A stretch of 35,640 bases of DNA. It comes from a virus (Duplodnaviria; Caudoviricetes). This document shows, piece by piece, positions 1 to 8,022 of this stretch. The notes beneath the pieces are model-generated. The model was not told the origin of the DNA. It searched no databases and saw only the letters and a list, made by a program, of their open reading frames with translations. The stretch covers positions 1 to 35,640 of the IMG/VR virus record IMGVR_UViG_3300047484_000003; one strand, given 5' to 3'. Numbering within the stretch: the stretch's first letter is position 1; each line of letters begins with the position of its first letter. Both the position numbers and the translations under genes were made by a program.

Positions 1-942
1 GTGGTTCCGGTCTCTGACCCGCATATTTTCAGCGAAACCCAGCGCATGGCCCAGATTCAGGCGGTATTGGCCCGCTCGGACAAGGCCCCAGACCTCTATG
101 ACCGCCGCGCCGTTGAAGAAAGACTCTTAAAGCAGCTAAAAATCCCTGCTTACAACGAGTTGCTCAAGAATACGCCGGCACCTAATGAGCTTTCGGCCAT
201 TGATGAGAACGTGGCCATGTCATTAGGTCAAAATGGCTACGCTTATATGCACCAAGACCACTTGGCGCACATCCAATCGCACTTGGACTTCGCGCTTAAC
301 CCGGCATTTGGTGGCAATCCCATCATGGCAAGCATTTACCTGCCGCGGGCACTGGAGCACATCAAGCAGCACATGGTGCTTTGGTATCTCAACCGCAGTC
401 AGGGCTACATGCACAAGTTGCGTGGCAAGCCGTTGGATGAAGATGAGTATCAAAACCAGCGCATGACGCCAGAGATTGACAAGACTTTGGCGCTAGTCTC
501 GCAGCATGTGAAGCAAGACAGTGAGCAAGCCTTCCAGCAGATCCTGCCGCTCGTGCAGCAGCTATTGCAGGCTATGCAGCAACTGACGCCCCAGCCGCAA
601 CTACCGCCCGAGGCCCAGGTGTTGAAGGAAACCAGCCTGGCAGAGACTCAGCGTCGTGCCCAGCGCGATCAGGCTGAGATGCAACTCAAGGGCGCTGACA
701 TGCAGCAGCGTAGTCAGATTGACATGGCACGCATGCAATCAGAGCAGCAACGCGCAGCAGCAAGGGATCAGTTGGATGTAGCGCTTAACGCCACAAACAA
801 TTTGACCAAGGAGAGGATTGAAACTGCCCGTCTGACGCAGCGAGATGAGCAGTTACAAGCAGAGCAGTATGAGACTGCAATCAAGCTTCAGAACGAAGCC
901 CAACGCAACTTAGGAGTGAATCGTGGCCCAACCATCCAATAA
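1..942 (+). CDS. Portal protein, C-terminal part (5' truncated by window)
   Basis: Open from the window edge. Begins VPVSDPHIFSETQR, has a long Gln-rich coiled-coil tail and lies first in the head module upstream of the scaffold and capsid genes. Confidence 0.7.
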   Translation: MVPVSDPHIFSETQRMAQIQAVLARSDKAPDLYDRRAVEERLLKQLKIPAYNELLKNTPAPNELSAIDENVAMSLGQNGYAYMHQDHLAHIQSHLDFALNPAFGGNPIMASIYLPRALEHIKQHMVLWYLNRSQGYMHKLRGKPLDEDEYQNQRMTPEIDKTLALVSQHVKQDSEQAFQQILPLVQQLLQAMQQLTPQPQLPPEAQVLKETSLAETQRRAQRDQAEMQLKGADMQQRSQIDMARMQSEQQRAAARDQLDVALNATNNLTKERIETARLTQRDEQLQAEQYETAIKLQNEAQRNLGVNRGPTIQ

Positions 943-1084
943 CGTGAAAGACATGGAAGCTGTGCCGTATCACAAGCGCATCGCCATGGGAGCCAACCTT
1001 GACGGCACAAGCCTGCAGTCCAAGGGACAGCAACAGCAACCCAAAGCCAAAGGAGGCCTGAGCCAAGCACCCAAGAAAAAGTGA
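923..1084 (+). CDS. Small basic hypothetical protein, 53 aa (MAQPSNNVKDMEAVPYHKRIAMGANLDGTSLQSKGQQQQPKAKGGLSQAPKKK); not in the ORF track
   Basis: AGGAG at 912-916, GTG at 923; the TGA stop overlaps the GTG of the next gene (GTGA); fills the gap exactly. Confidence 0.75.
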   Translation: MAQPSNNVKDMEAVPYHKRIAMGANLDGTSLQSKGQQQQPKAKGGLSQAPKKK

Positions 1085-1266
1085 GAACCATTTCGGATCT
1101 GATCGGCGCATTAAAGACACGCCAGGCTGAAATAGGCCTTGCCCTTGCAGCGGGAAACGCAGCGACATGGGAGGCGTATCAGCGCATGGTCGGAGAACAT
1201 CTAGGCCTGAAGAAGGCGCTAGACATCATTGATGACTTAATAAGAGATGAAGATGAATATGAATGA
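1081..1266 (+). CDS. Hypothetical helical protein, 61 aa
   Basis: Overlaps both neighbours; GGAGG upstream; typical small gene between portal and co-chaperonin. Confidence 0.75.
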   Translation: MRTISDLIGALKTRQAEIGLALAAGNAATWEAYQRMVGEHLGLKKALDIIDDLIRDEDEYE

Positions 1267-1690
1267 ACCAGTAGCGTCTGACGACGCTGAGATGGCTTGG
1301 GCATTTCCGAGCGTAGATCCTGGTGCGAAACCTCTTGGTGGCCGTGTGATGGTACAGATCCGTCGCTCCAAGAAAAGAACCACCAAAGCAGGCATTGTCT
1401 TGGTTGAAGAGACCAAGGAAACAGAGAAGTGGAACACGCAGATTGGCAAGGTTGTCGATATGGGATCGCTGGCGTTTCGCAAGCGCGATTCGATGGAGCC
1501 TTGGCCTGAAGGTGCGTGGTGCCGAGTAGGCGACTTTATTCGTGTGCCTAAGTGGGGCGGTGATCGCTGGGAAGTCAAAGTACCAGGCGAAGACCAAAGT
1601 GAAGATCCGGCGCTTTTCATGATCATTAACGATCATGAAGTTATCGCCAAGATCACGGGCAACCCATTAGAGACGAGGGCATTCCTATGA
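1247..1690 (+). CDS. groES: GroES/Cpn10-like co-chaperonin (start may be 1253 or 1259)
   Basis: KPLGGRVMV...TTKAGIVL...GKVVDMG...CRVGDFIRVPKWGG...FMIINDHEVIAKI follows the Cpn10 motif order. Confidence 0.85.
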   Translation: MKMNMNEPVASDDAEMAWAFPSVDPGAKPLGGRVMVQIRRSKKRTTKAGIVLVEETKETEKWNTQIGKVVDMGSLAFRKRDSMEPWPEGAWCRVGDFIRVPKWGGDRWEVKVPGEDQSEDPALFMIINDHEVIAKITGNPLETRAFL

Positions 1691-2625
1691 GCGCCGAAGA
1701 GAAAGACGAGATCATTGACATCAAGGAAGAGAAGGACGGCTCCGTTATCGTTGAGATGCCCGACACGGGCGATGATGCTGACGATAATGAACCCGTACAA
1801 GCCGCAGAGGGTGGACCTGCCAATGATGAAGATGCTGACCATCAAGACGATACGGAAGCAATTCGTACTGCCAAGCGTAATCGCCGCCGTGCTAAACGCG
1901 ATGCCGCCAAGCAGCATCAGATCGAGAAAGATCATCGGCTATCTATGCTGCAGCGCCAGAACGAAGAGTTGTTATCACGACTGGCCATCATTGAGCGCAA
2001 GACCCATGCCGGCGAAATAGCGCAGATTGACGAGGCCATTCGACAAGCAGCAACGAGTGTTGAATATGCCAAGATCAAAATGTCGCAGGCTCACAGCGAG
2101 CAAGACGGCGACGGGCATACCAAAGCGCACGAGATGTGGTTTGATGCACGCAAGAAGCTTGAGGATCTGCAGAACCTTAAGAAGGCTGTGGCACAACCTC
2201 GGCAGCAGCAGTCATTGCCCAACCCAAGGATTGCCAACTTTGCGCAAGAGTGGCAACAGCGCAATCCATGGTTTGATCCTAACGCCAAGGACTTAGACAG
2301 CAAAGTTACCAAAGACGTTGATGAGCACCTAGCGCGAGAAGGTTGGGACCCAGCCACTGAGGATTATTGGATGGAACTTGACAGACGCTTGCGCCAATAC
2401 GTCCCTCATCGGTACAATAGTCAGGAAGGTGGTTCCTCATCTAAAAACAGGCCTCGTTTTATGCAAGCAAGTACAGGTCGTGAATCAGCAGCGGCAGCAG
2501 GTGGCCGCAAATCCTTTGAGCTTTCAGCAGAGCAAGTGAGAGCTATTAAGGAAGCTGGTTTATGGGACGATGAAAAGGCTAGAAACCGGATCATCCGCCA
2601 GTACGCTACACAACAACGAAGCTAG
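1687..2625 (+). CDS. Putative capsid scaffolding protein
   Basis: Acidic N-terminus, coiled-coil middle, WQQRNPWF motif, short basic helical C-terminus; upstream of the capsid gene. Confidence 0.6.
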   Translation: MSAEEKDEIIDIKEEKDGSVIVEMPDTGDDADDNEPVQAAEGGPANDEDADHQDDTEAIRTAKRNRRRAKRDAAKQHQIEKDHRLSMLQRQNEELLSRLAIIERKTHAGEIAQIDEAIRQAATSVEYAKIKMSQAHSEQDGDGHTKAHEMWFDARKKLEDLQNLKKAVAQPRQQQSLPNPRIANFAQEWQQRNPWFDPNAKDLDSKVTKDVDEHLAREGWDPATEDYWMELDRRLRQYVPHRYNSQEGGSSSKNRPRFMQASTGRESAAAAGGRKSFELSAEQVRAIKEAGLWDDEKARNRIIRQYATQQRS

Positions 2626-2634
2626 GAGTAGGAC

Positions 2635-3183
2635 ATGGAATCACGCTTAAAGAAATCCCTCACTGCCGGTGGCCGCGAGTCACGCGCAAGCGAAGACGTA
2701 GTGCGCCAAGCCGTGCAGGAGCAGTTCCTCTCAGCACAGGACATTGACAAAATGTGGAGTGATGAGTGGACACAATCGGCGCTGCCGAAAGTCCCGGATA
2801 TTCCGGGATGGCATCTTTGCTGGCTTTCTACAACCAACAGTTACGACACCATTGATAAGAGAATCCGACTTGGGTACGTTCCGGTGCTAGCCGATGAGTT
2901 ACCAGGGTTTGAGAATTATCGGGTCAAGGCGGGCGAACACGTTGGGCATATCTCCTGTAATGAGATGCTGCTGTTTAAGTTACCGATGGACGTGTACCAG
3001 AAGGTAATGACACGGTTGCATTACGACAAACCTCGTGAAGAGGCTGAGAAGATCAAAGTGCAGTTAGACAATCTTCAAGGCGCACGGGATAGTCAAGGCA
3101 GGACGCTATTGCAGACGGAAGGGCAAGGACTCGACAGTCTCGATAAAACCCCCATTAACCGGCCCCCGGTATTCGAGGGCTAA
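2635..3183 (+). CDS. Hypothetical head-module protein
   Basis: GGAG RBS; globular core (PGWHLCWLSTTN...RLGYVPV); position within the operon. Confidence 0.75.
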   Translation: MESRLKKSLTAGGRESRASEDVVRQAVQEQFLSAQDIDKMWSDEWTQSALPKVPDIPGWHLCWLSTTNSYDTIDKRIRLGYVPVLADELPGFENYRVKAGEHVGHISCNEMLLFKLPMDVYQKVMTRLHYDKPREEAEKIKVQLDNLQGARDSQGRTLLQTEGQGLDSLDKTPINRPPVFEG

Positions 3184-3197
3184 CTCGGAGTTAGACT

Positions 3198-3806
3198 ATG
3201 TCAGCTACAAGTGCTCCGTTTGGTCTGCGTCCCGCGTTCCACCCCAGTGGGTTGGATCGTGCGATTGCATTCGCAAACCCATTTGATTACTCGACTGGCT
3301 ACGCCTCAAACATTTTCAAAGGCCAAGCCGTCACCCTTGATCCTGGTACGGGATACATCATCAAAACCGCTTCGGGCGGCGCTATTTATGGCGTCTTCGA
3401 TGGTTTTGAGTGGACTGATACCACGGGTCGTCGTCGCATTTCCAACTTCTACCCTGCTAACACCGCCTTCCAGCAAGGCAGTGCGATTGCTTATATCTGG
3501 ACTGATCCACAGATCGTCTATGAAATTCAAGCGGCAGGCTCTATCGCTCAAACCGCGCTTGGTCAAGAGTTCGACATCAGCAACAACGATAACGGCTCCT
3601 CGACTACTGGCTTGTCGCAATGCACGATGTCCACATCGGCAGCATCGCAGTACGCCAGCGCTCAATTGCGCGTCGTAGATCTCGCTCCCTATCCTGGGAA
3701 CGCTTGGGGTGATGCGTACACCATTGTGCGTGTACAGATCGCTGAGTCTCAACTCCTTGGTATCGGCACTGGTGCAGCTATCCAGTACCCTGCCACGATT
3801 CTATAA
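3198..3806 (+). CDS. Putative capsid decoration/cement protein
   Basis: Beta-rich, starts APFGLRP, directly upstream of the major capsid gene, GGAG RBS, highly biased codon use. Confidence 0.6.
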   Translation: MSATSAPFGLRPAFHPSGLDRAIAFANPFDYSTGYASNIFKGQAVTLDPGTGYIIKTASGGAIYGVFDGFEWTDTTGRRRISNFYPANTAFQQGSAIAYIWTDPQIVYEIQAAGSIAQTALGQEFDISNNDNGSSTTGLSQCTMSTSAASQYASAQLRVVDLAPYPGNAWGDAYTIVRVQIAESQLLGIGTGAAIQYPATIL

Positions 3807-3819
3807 GGAGGGCTAAGAA

Positions 3820-4737
3820 ATGGCAGCCCCGATGCGCAGTACCGACTTTCGGAGTATTGTTGAGCCAATCCTCAACGAGTGCTTCGACGGCGTTTATGAT
3901 CAGCGTGCCGACGAGTGGAGCCGTGTGTTCCGCGAGCAGCAAGGCATTCCCCGCAACTACCACGAAGAGCCGGTCCTTTACGGTTTCGGCGCAGCACCGC
4001 AGCTTCCTGATGGCACACCAGTGACCTATCAGCAGGGCGGTGTGCTCTTCCTCAAGCGCTATGTGTACTCGGTGTATGGCTTGGCCTTCGCCTTGACCAA
4101 AGTGCTCGTGGAAGACGGCGACCACATCCGTATTGGTCAGGTGTATGCACGTCACCTTGCACAGTCCTTGATTGAAACCAAGGAAACCCTGTGCGCCAAC
4201 GTACTGAACAACGCCTTCACGGGCGGACAATATGCTGGTGGCGACGGCGTAGCACTTAACAGCGCTTCGCATCCCATCGTTAACGGTACGTTCAGCAACC
4301 TGCTGACCACCGCTGCTGTTCTCAGCCAGACCTCGCTTGAGCAAATGCTCATCCAGATCCGTCAGGCAGTGGACAACAACGGCAAGAAGATCCGCCTCGT
4401 GCCACGCCAGCTTGTCGTTGCTCCTGGCAACATCTTCCAGGCTGAGGTGCTGCTGAAGTCTGTTCTTCGTGCCGGCCAGGCAAACAACGACATCAACCCG
4501 ATCAAGTCGATTGGCTTGCTCGACGAGGGTGCCGCTGTTCTCTCGCGTCTTACCTCTGCCACCGCCTGGTGGGTTCAGACTGACGCGCCTGAAGGCATGA
4601 AGCTGATGATGCGCCGTCGTCTTGAGAAGACGATGGAAGGGGACTTTGAGACCGACACCATGCGCTACAAGGCAACTGAGCGTTATGACGTTGGCTTCAC
4701 TGACCCACGCGCAATGTATGGAACTCCTGGCGTTTGA
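3820..4737 (+). CDS. Major capsid protein (HK97-like fold inferred)
   Basis: 305 aa, strong AAGGAGG RBS, strongly biased codons; motifs DGVALNSASHP, PRQLVVAP, EGDFETDTMRYKATERY, DPRAMYG resemble Mu gpT-like head proteins. Confidence 0.85.
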   Translation: MAAPMRSTDFRSIVEPILNECFDGVYDQRADEWSRVFREQQGIPRNYHEEPVLYGFGAAPQLPDGTPVTYQQGGVLFLKRYVYSVYGLAFALTKVLVEDGDHIRIGQVYARHLAQSLIETKETLCANVLNNAFTGGQYAGGDGVALNSASHPIVNGTFSNLLTTAAVLSQTSLEQMLIQIRQAVDNNGKKIRLVPRQLVVAPGNIFQAEVLLKSVLRAGQANNDINPIKSIGLLDEGAAVLSRLTSATAWWVQTDAPEGMKLMMRRRLEKTMEGDFETDTMRYKATERYDVGFTDPRAMYGTPGV

Positions 4738-4745
4738 CGCAAGTA

Positions 4746-4774
4746 TTGTGAAGTAAAGCAGCCATCGGTAAAAT
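4746..4774 (+). promoter_or_regulatory. Sigma70-type promoter for the endonuclease gene
   Basis: TTGTGA (4746-4751), 17-nt spacer, TAAAAT (4769-4774). Confidence 0.55.
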
Positions 4775-4806
4775 TCAAATGAGCAATCAAATGGAGATTA
4801 CCGATG
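4763..4806 (+). promoter_or_regulatory. Translation-inhibitory hairpin covering the endonuclease start codon
   Basis: CATCGGTAA (4763-4771) is the perfect reverse complement of TTACCGATG (4798-4806), which includes the ATG. TTCA (4774-4777) can pair with TGGA (4792-4795) in the RBS. Confidence 0.65.
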
Positions 4807-5475
4807 CCAGAGAAATGTCATGTTCATAACTGTACCCAATCATCAGTTGCAAAAGGCTTATGCCGAAAGCACTATATGCGGGTCCAGCGTCACGGAGATG
4901 TTGGTGAGACTAGGCCAAACGATTGGGGAAAACGTGAAAAGCACTCGGCTTATAAGTCGTGGTGTGGACTGCGTCGATACCATCGGATGGATATGCAAGA
5001 CTCTTGGAGGGAAGATTTTTGGCAATTTGTCAAAGATGTTCCTGAAAAGCCAGAAGGATCAATTGCATGGCGACCAGACCCAACAAATCCTTGGGGTAAA
5101 GACAATTTTTATTGGAAAGAACGCAGATCTTCTTCAGAAGATTACAAACAATATATGCAAGAGTGGCATCGTAAAGCGAGAGCCGCAAATCCAGAATATT
5201 ATTTGGATCAAGATTTGCGAAAAAAGTATGGCGTCACTTACGAGTGGCACCAACAAACCCTTTCTAGACAAAATAATGTCTGTGCCATTTGCAAGCAACC
5301 AGAAACCGCTGTTATTAGGGGTAAGGTGATTGCAATGCCAGTAGATCATGATCACAAGACCGGCAGAGTAAGAGGTTTGCTTTGCACAAAATGTAATCGA
5401 GGTTTAGGCTTGTTCCGTGACAATAAAGACATTCTCCAGGCTGCGATTCAATACTTGAATTCCTTCTCAACATGA
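4804..5475 (+). CDS. Free-standing homing-type endonuclease with a C-terminal endonuclease VII domain
   Basis: CAIC...VDHDHKTGRVRGLLCTKCNRGLG motif; N-terminal Cys/His finger (KGLCRKHY); visibly AT-richer than the flanks. Confidence 0.85.
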   Translation: MPEKCHVHNCTQSSVAKGLCRKHYMRVQRHGDVGETRPNDWGKREKHSAYKSWCGLRRYHRMDMQDSWREDFWQFVKDVPEKPEGSIAWRPDPTNPWGKDNFYWKERRSSSEDYKQYMQEWHRKARAANPEYYLDQDLRKKYGVTYEWHQQTLSRQNNVCAICKQPETAVIRGKVIAMPVDHDHKTGRVRGLLCTKCNRGLGLFRDNKDILQAAIQYLNSFST

Positions 5476-5485
5476 AAGGATAGTA

Positions 5486-6526
5486 ATGGCTCTGACGAAC
5501 TTCCCCAACGGGATTACAAGCTTCGGAGTTCCTGTGCTCGGAACCATCGGCGGCTTGCCGTTTACTGGCAACTACTACTTCGTAGATCCAGTGAATGGTG
5601 CCGATGGAAACGAAGGCAGTGTGGAACTTCCCCTCAAAACCCTTTATGGTGCTTTGGCCAAATGTACCGCTGGTAACAACGACGTTGTCGTTCTAATCGG
5701 CAATGGTGCAGCCAGTGGCTCTGCTCGTTTATCGACGGCGCTTGCGCAGGAAGTAAACTCGGCAGCAACTTCTGGTGTGCTGACCTGGAACAAAGATGCA
5801 ACCCACCTGATCGGCGTGTGTGCTCCCACACAGATTGCCCAGCGTGCGCGTATCGCTCCTCCCAGCGGCACCTACACGGTTACCACCTTCGGTAGCTCGA
5901 CGCAGTTTGTGAACGTCACTGCAAGCGGCTGTTACTTTGCCAACTTCTCAGTCTTCTGTGGATTCTCTACAGGCGGCGCGAGCATGGTGGCTTGGACTGA
6001 CAGCGGTTCACGCAATGCCTACTCCAACGTAGACATCTACGGCATGGCAGATGCGGCTTCTGCAGGTGGCACGGGTGCTCGCTCCATCAAGCTTTCGGGC
6101 GGTGGTGAGCGCACCTTCATCAACTGCACCTTTGGTGGCGACACGGTCCAGCGTACTGCAGCAAACTACACGCTTGAGCTTTCTGGTGGCACAACGCGCA
6201 ATATCTTCAAGGATTGCGTATTCCCATCATGGGCAAGTGCTGGTGGTGCTGGCGGCGCAGCGATTTATGCTGCTGCTGCGAGTGCGATTGACCGCTTCCA
6301 ACTGTTTGATGGCTGCTCCTTTATTAACGCTGTCCAGTCCACTGGCACGGCGATTACAGATCTGATCTCGTTGCCTGCTTCGGCTGGCGGCATGGTCGTT
6401 CTGAAAGGGTGCGTCACCGCAGGGTATACCGGCCTTGGCACGGCTAACGCTGTCGGCCAGACATACATTGATATGCCTGCTCCGAGCAACAGCGCTGGTG
6501 GCCTTGCTGTTAACCCGTCGGCCTAA
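5486..6526 (+). CDS. Virion protein with predicted right-handed beta-helix (head fibre/decoration)
   Basis: N-terminal TNFPNG anchor; YFVDPVNGADGNEG...PLKTL cap motif; repeated F-x-N/D-C-x-F strands. Confidence 0.6.
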   Translation: MALTNFPNGITSFGVPVLGTIGGLPFTGNYYFVDPVNGADGNEGSVELPLKTLYGALAKCTAGNNDVVVLIGNGAASGSARLSTALAQEVNSAATSGVLTWNKDATHLIGVCAPTQIAQRARIAPPSGTYTVTTFGSSTQFVNVTASGCYFANFSVFCGFSTGGASMVAWTDSGSRNAYSNVDIYGMADAASAGGTGARSIKLSGGGERTFINCTFGGDTVQRTAANYTLELSGGTTRNIFKDCVFPSWASAGGAGGAAIYAAAASAIDRFQLFDGCSFINAVQSTGTAITDLISLPASAGGMVVLKGCVTAGYTGLGTANAVGQTYIDMPAPSNSAGGLAVNPSA

Positions 6527-6533
6527 TGAGACA

Positions 6534-6551
6534 CCGGCCCTTCGGGGTCGG
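6534..6551 (+). other. GC-rich cUUCGg stem-loop without U-tract (stability or processing element)
   Basis: CCGGCCC-TTCG-GGGTCGG in the intergenic region. Confidence 0.6.
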
Positions 6552-6568
6552 ATCTGAAAGGAACAGAA

Positions 6569-7570
6569 ATGGGTCAGTTTAAGCCGATGGTGAAGATGAT
6601 GACCACCGAGCCTTCAGTAGAGTTAAAGCTGAAGAAAGGTGGCATGGTCAAAACACCGAAAAAAGTAACTAAGATGATGAATGGCGGTGTCATGGGCGGC
6701 TTGGCAGCAATGCCGTCTCCTGGCTCCCGCGGTGGTATGGCACCTGCAATGGCACCACGTCGTCCTTCTATGGCAGCACGTCGTGCGGCGATGATGAATC
6801 GCCCCATGATGAAGGAAGGTGGCGAGACCAAAGCAGAGCACGCAGCCGAAATGAAGAAGATGATGGGCACCGAGGCCAAGCTTAAAAAGCATGCTTCTAT
6901 GCCTGCATCTAAGGCTCACAAGGGCCTAAAAACCGGCGGTGTGGTTATGGGCCAGGGTGGCTACAAAAAGGGCGGCGCAGTGCCCAAGAGTGGCATTCTT
7001 CCGGTAGCAGAGTCTGAGCGTGGCGCTAAGTCTTACGTCAAGACCAAGATGGATACAGCGCATGTTGATAAAGCCAAGGGTCCTACTGGCGATGTCAAGA
7101 TGGGCAAGCCTGGCGGTTACAAAACCGGCGGCGTCGTCATGGGTCAAGGCGGTTACAAGAAAGGTGGTGCCGCAAAAAAGGGCTACGCTACGGGGGGTCT
7201 TGTTGATTCAGGCAAACCCGTAGCCTATCCCAAGAAGCCAGCTTCTGCGGCTGTGTCGAATGATCGTCAATCGGGCACCTTCAAGAAAGGTGGCAAAGTC
7301 AAGTTTAACGATGGCGGTGCTGCAGGTCCTGTGAGCAATTACGAGCGTGACATGCTTAAAAAGAATGTCGCTCCCGTGAAAGATCCACAGGCAACTGCAG
7401 CCAAGGCGAGTCGAGATCTTGAGGAAGCGTTGAATCCGATTGGCATCTTTAAGGAGCTTGGCGGCAAGCTTCGTGACAAGTTGCGTGGCCAAGGTGCGGT
7501 AACCGAGACTGAGAAGTCTGTAACGGTATCGCCACCACCAGCCAAAAAGCGAGCCGGCGGCGCGTGCTAA
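6569..7570 (+). CDS. Lys/Gly/Met-rich basic protein with repeated xxGG motifs; probable internal head protein; probable -1 frameshift isoform of 212 aa
   Basis: About a dozen motifs such as LKKGG, YKKGG, YKTGG, YATGG, FKKGG; single Cys at the C-terminus; AAGGA RBS. Confidence 0.8.
   Translation: MGQFKPMVKMMTTEPSVELKLKKGGMVKTPKKVTKMMNGGVMGGLAAMPSPGSRGGMAPAMAPRRPSMAARRAAMMNRPMMKEGGETKAEHAAEMKKMMGTEAKLKKHASMPASKAHKGLKTGGVVMGQGGYKKGGAVPKSGILPVAESERGAKSYVKTKMDTAHVDKAKGPTGDVKMGKPGGYKTGGVVMGQGGYKKGGAAKKGYATGGLVDSGKPVAYPKKPASAAVSNDRQSGTFKKGGKVKFNDGGAAGPVSNYERDMLKKNVAPVKDPQATAAKASRDLEEALNPIGIFKELGGKLRDKLRGQGAVTETEKSVTVSPPPAKKRAGGAC
7174..7224 (+). promoter_or_regulatory. Candidate programmed -1 ribosomal frameshift signal
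   Basis: In-frame A AAA AAG (7174-7180), 6-nt spacer, 8-bp stem GCTACGGG (7187-7194)/CCCGTAGC (7217-7224). Confidence 0.7.
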
Positions 7571-7572
7571 AT

Positions 7573-7599
7573 GCGGGGGCTTCGGCCCCTGCTTTACTT
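7573..7599 (+). terminator. Rho-independent terminator (probably partial)
   Basis: GCGGGGGC-TTCG-GCCCCTGC followed by TTTACTT, 2 nt after the stop codon. Confidence 0.7.
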
Positions 7600-7611
7600 C
7601 AGGAGTCATAA

Positions 7612-8022
7612 ATGGCTAATACAGTTGCAAGTCAAACGCTCCTTGACGGCGAGCGCATGGCAATCATGAAATTTACATTTCAGTGCGATGGCTCAGGCAA
7701 TGAAAGTAAAGTGCTCAAGGTTGATGTTTCAGCGTTAAATCCAAGCGCATCGGGTAAGGCATGTAATGGTGTGGCAATACAAAAAATTCATGCGGCAACC
7801 CACGGGTTAGAAGTTGAAATTTACTGGGATGCTACGACAGATATTTTATGTTGGGCAGTACCACAAAATTCTTTATACACGATTGATTTTGCATCATTTG
7901 GTGGCCTGACAAATAACGCAGGGGCGGGAAAAACGGGCGATGTTTTATTTAGCACGCTTGATGCGGCAAGTGGGGACTTTTACGCCATTACGCTTGAAAT
8001 GGTGAAGACGTATGCCAGCTAA
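7612..8022 (+). CDS. Hypothetical beta-rich virion protein
   Basis: AGGAG RBS; 136 aa; overlaps the next gene. Confidence 0.75.
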   Translation: MANTVASQTLLDGERMAIMKFTFQCDGSGNESKVLKVDVSALNPSASGKACNGVAIQKIHAATHGLEVEIYWDATTDILCWAVPQNSLYTIDFASFGGLTNNAGAGKTGDVLFSTLDAASGDFYAITLEMVKTYAS

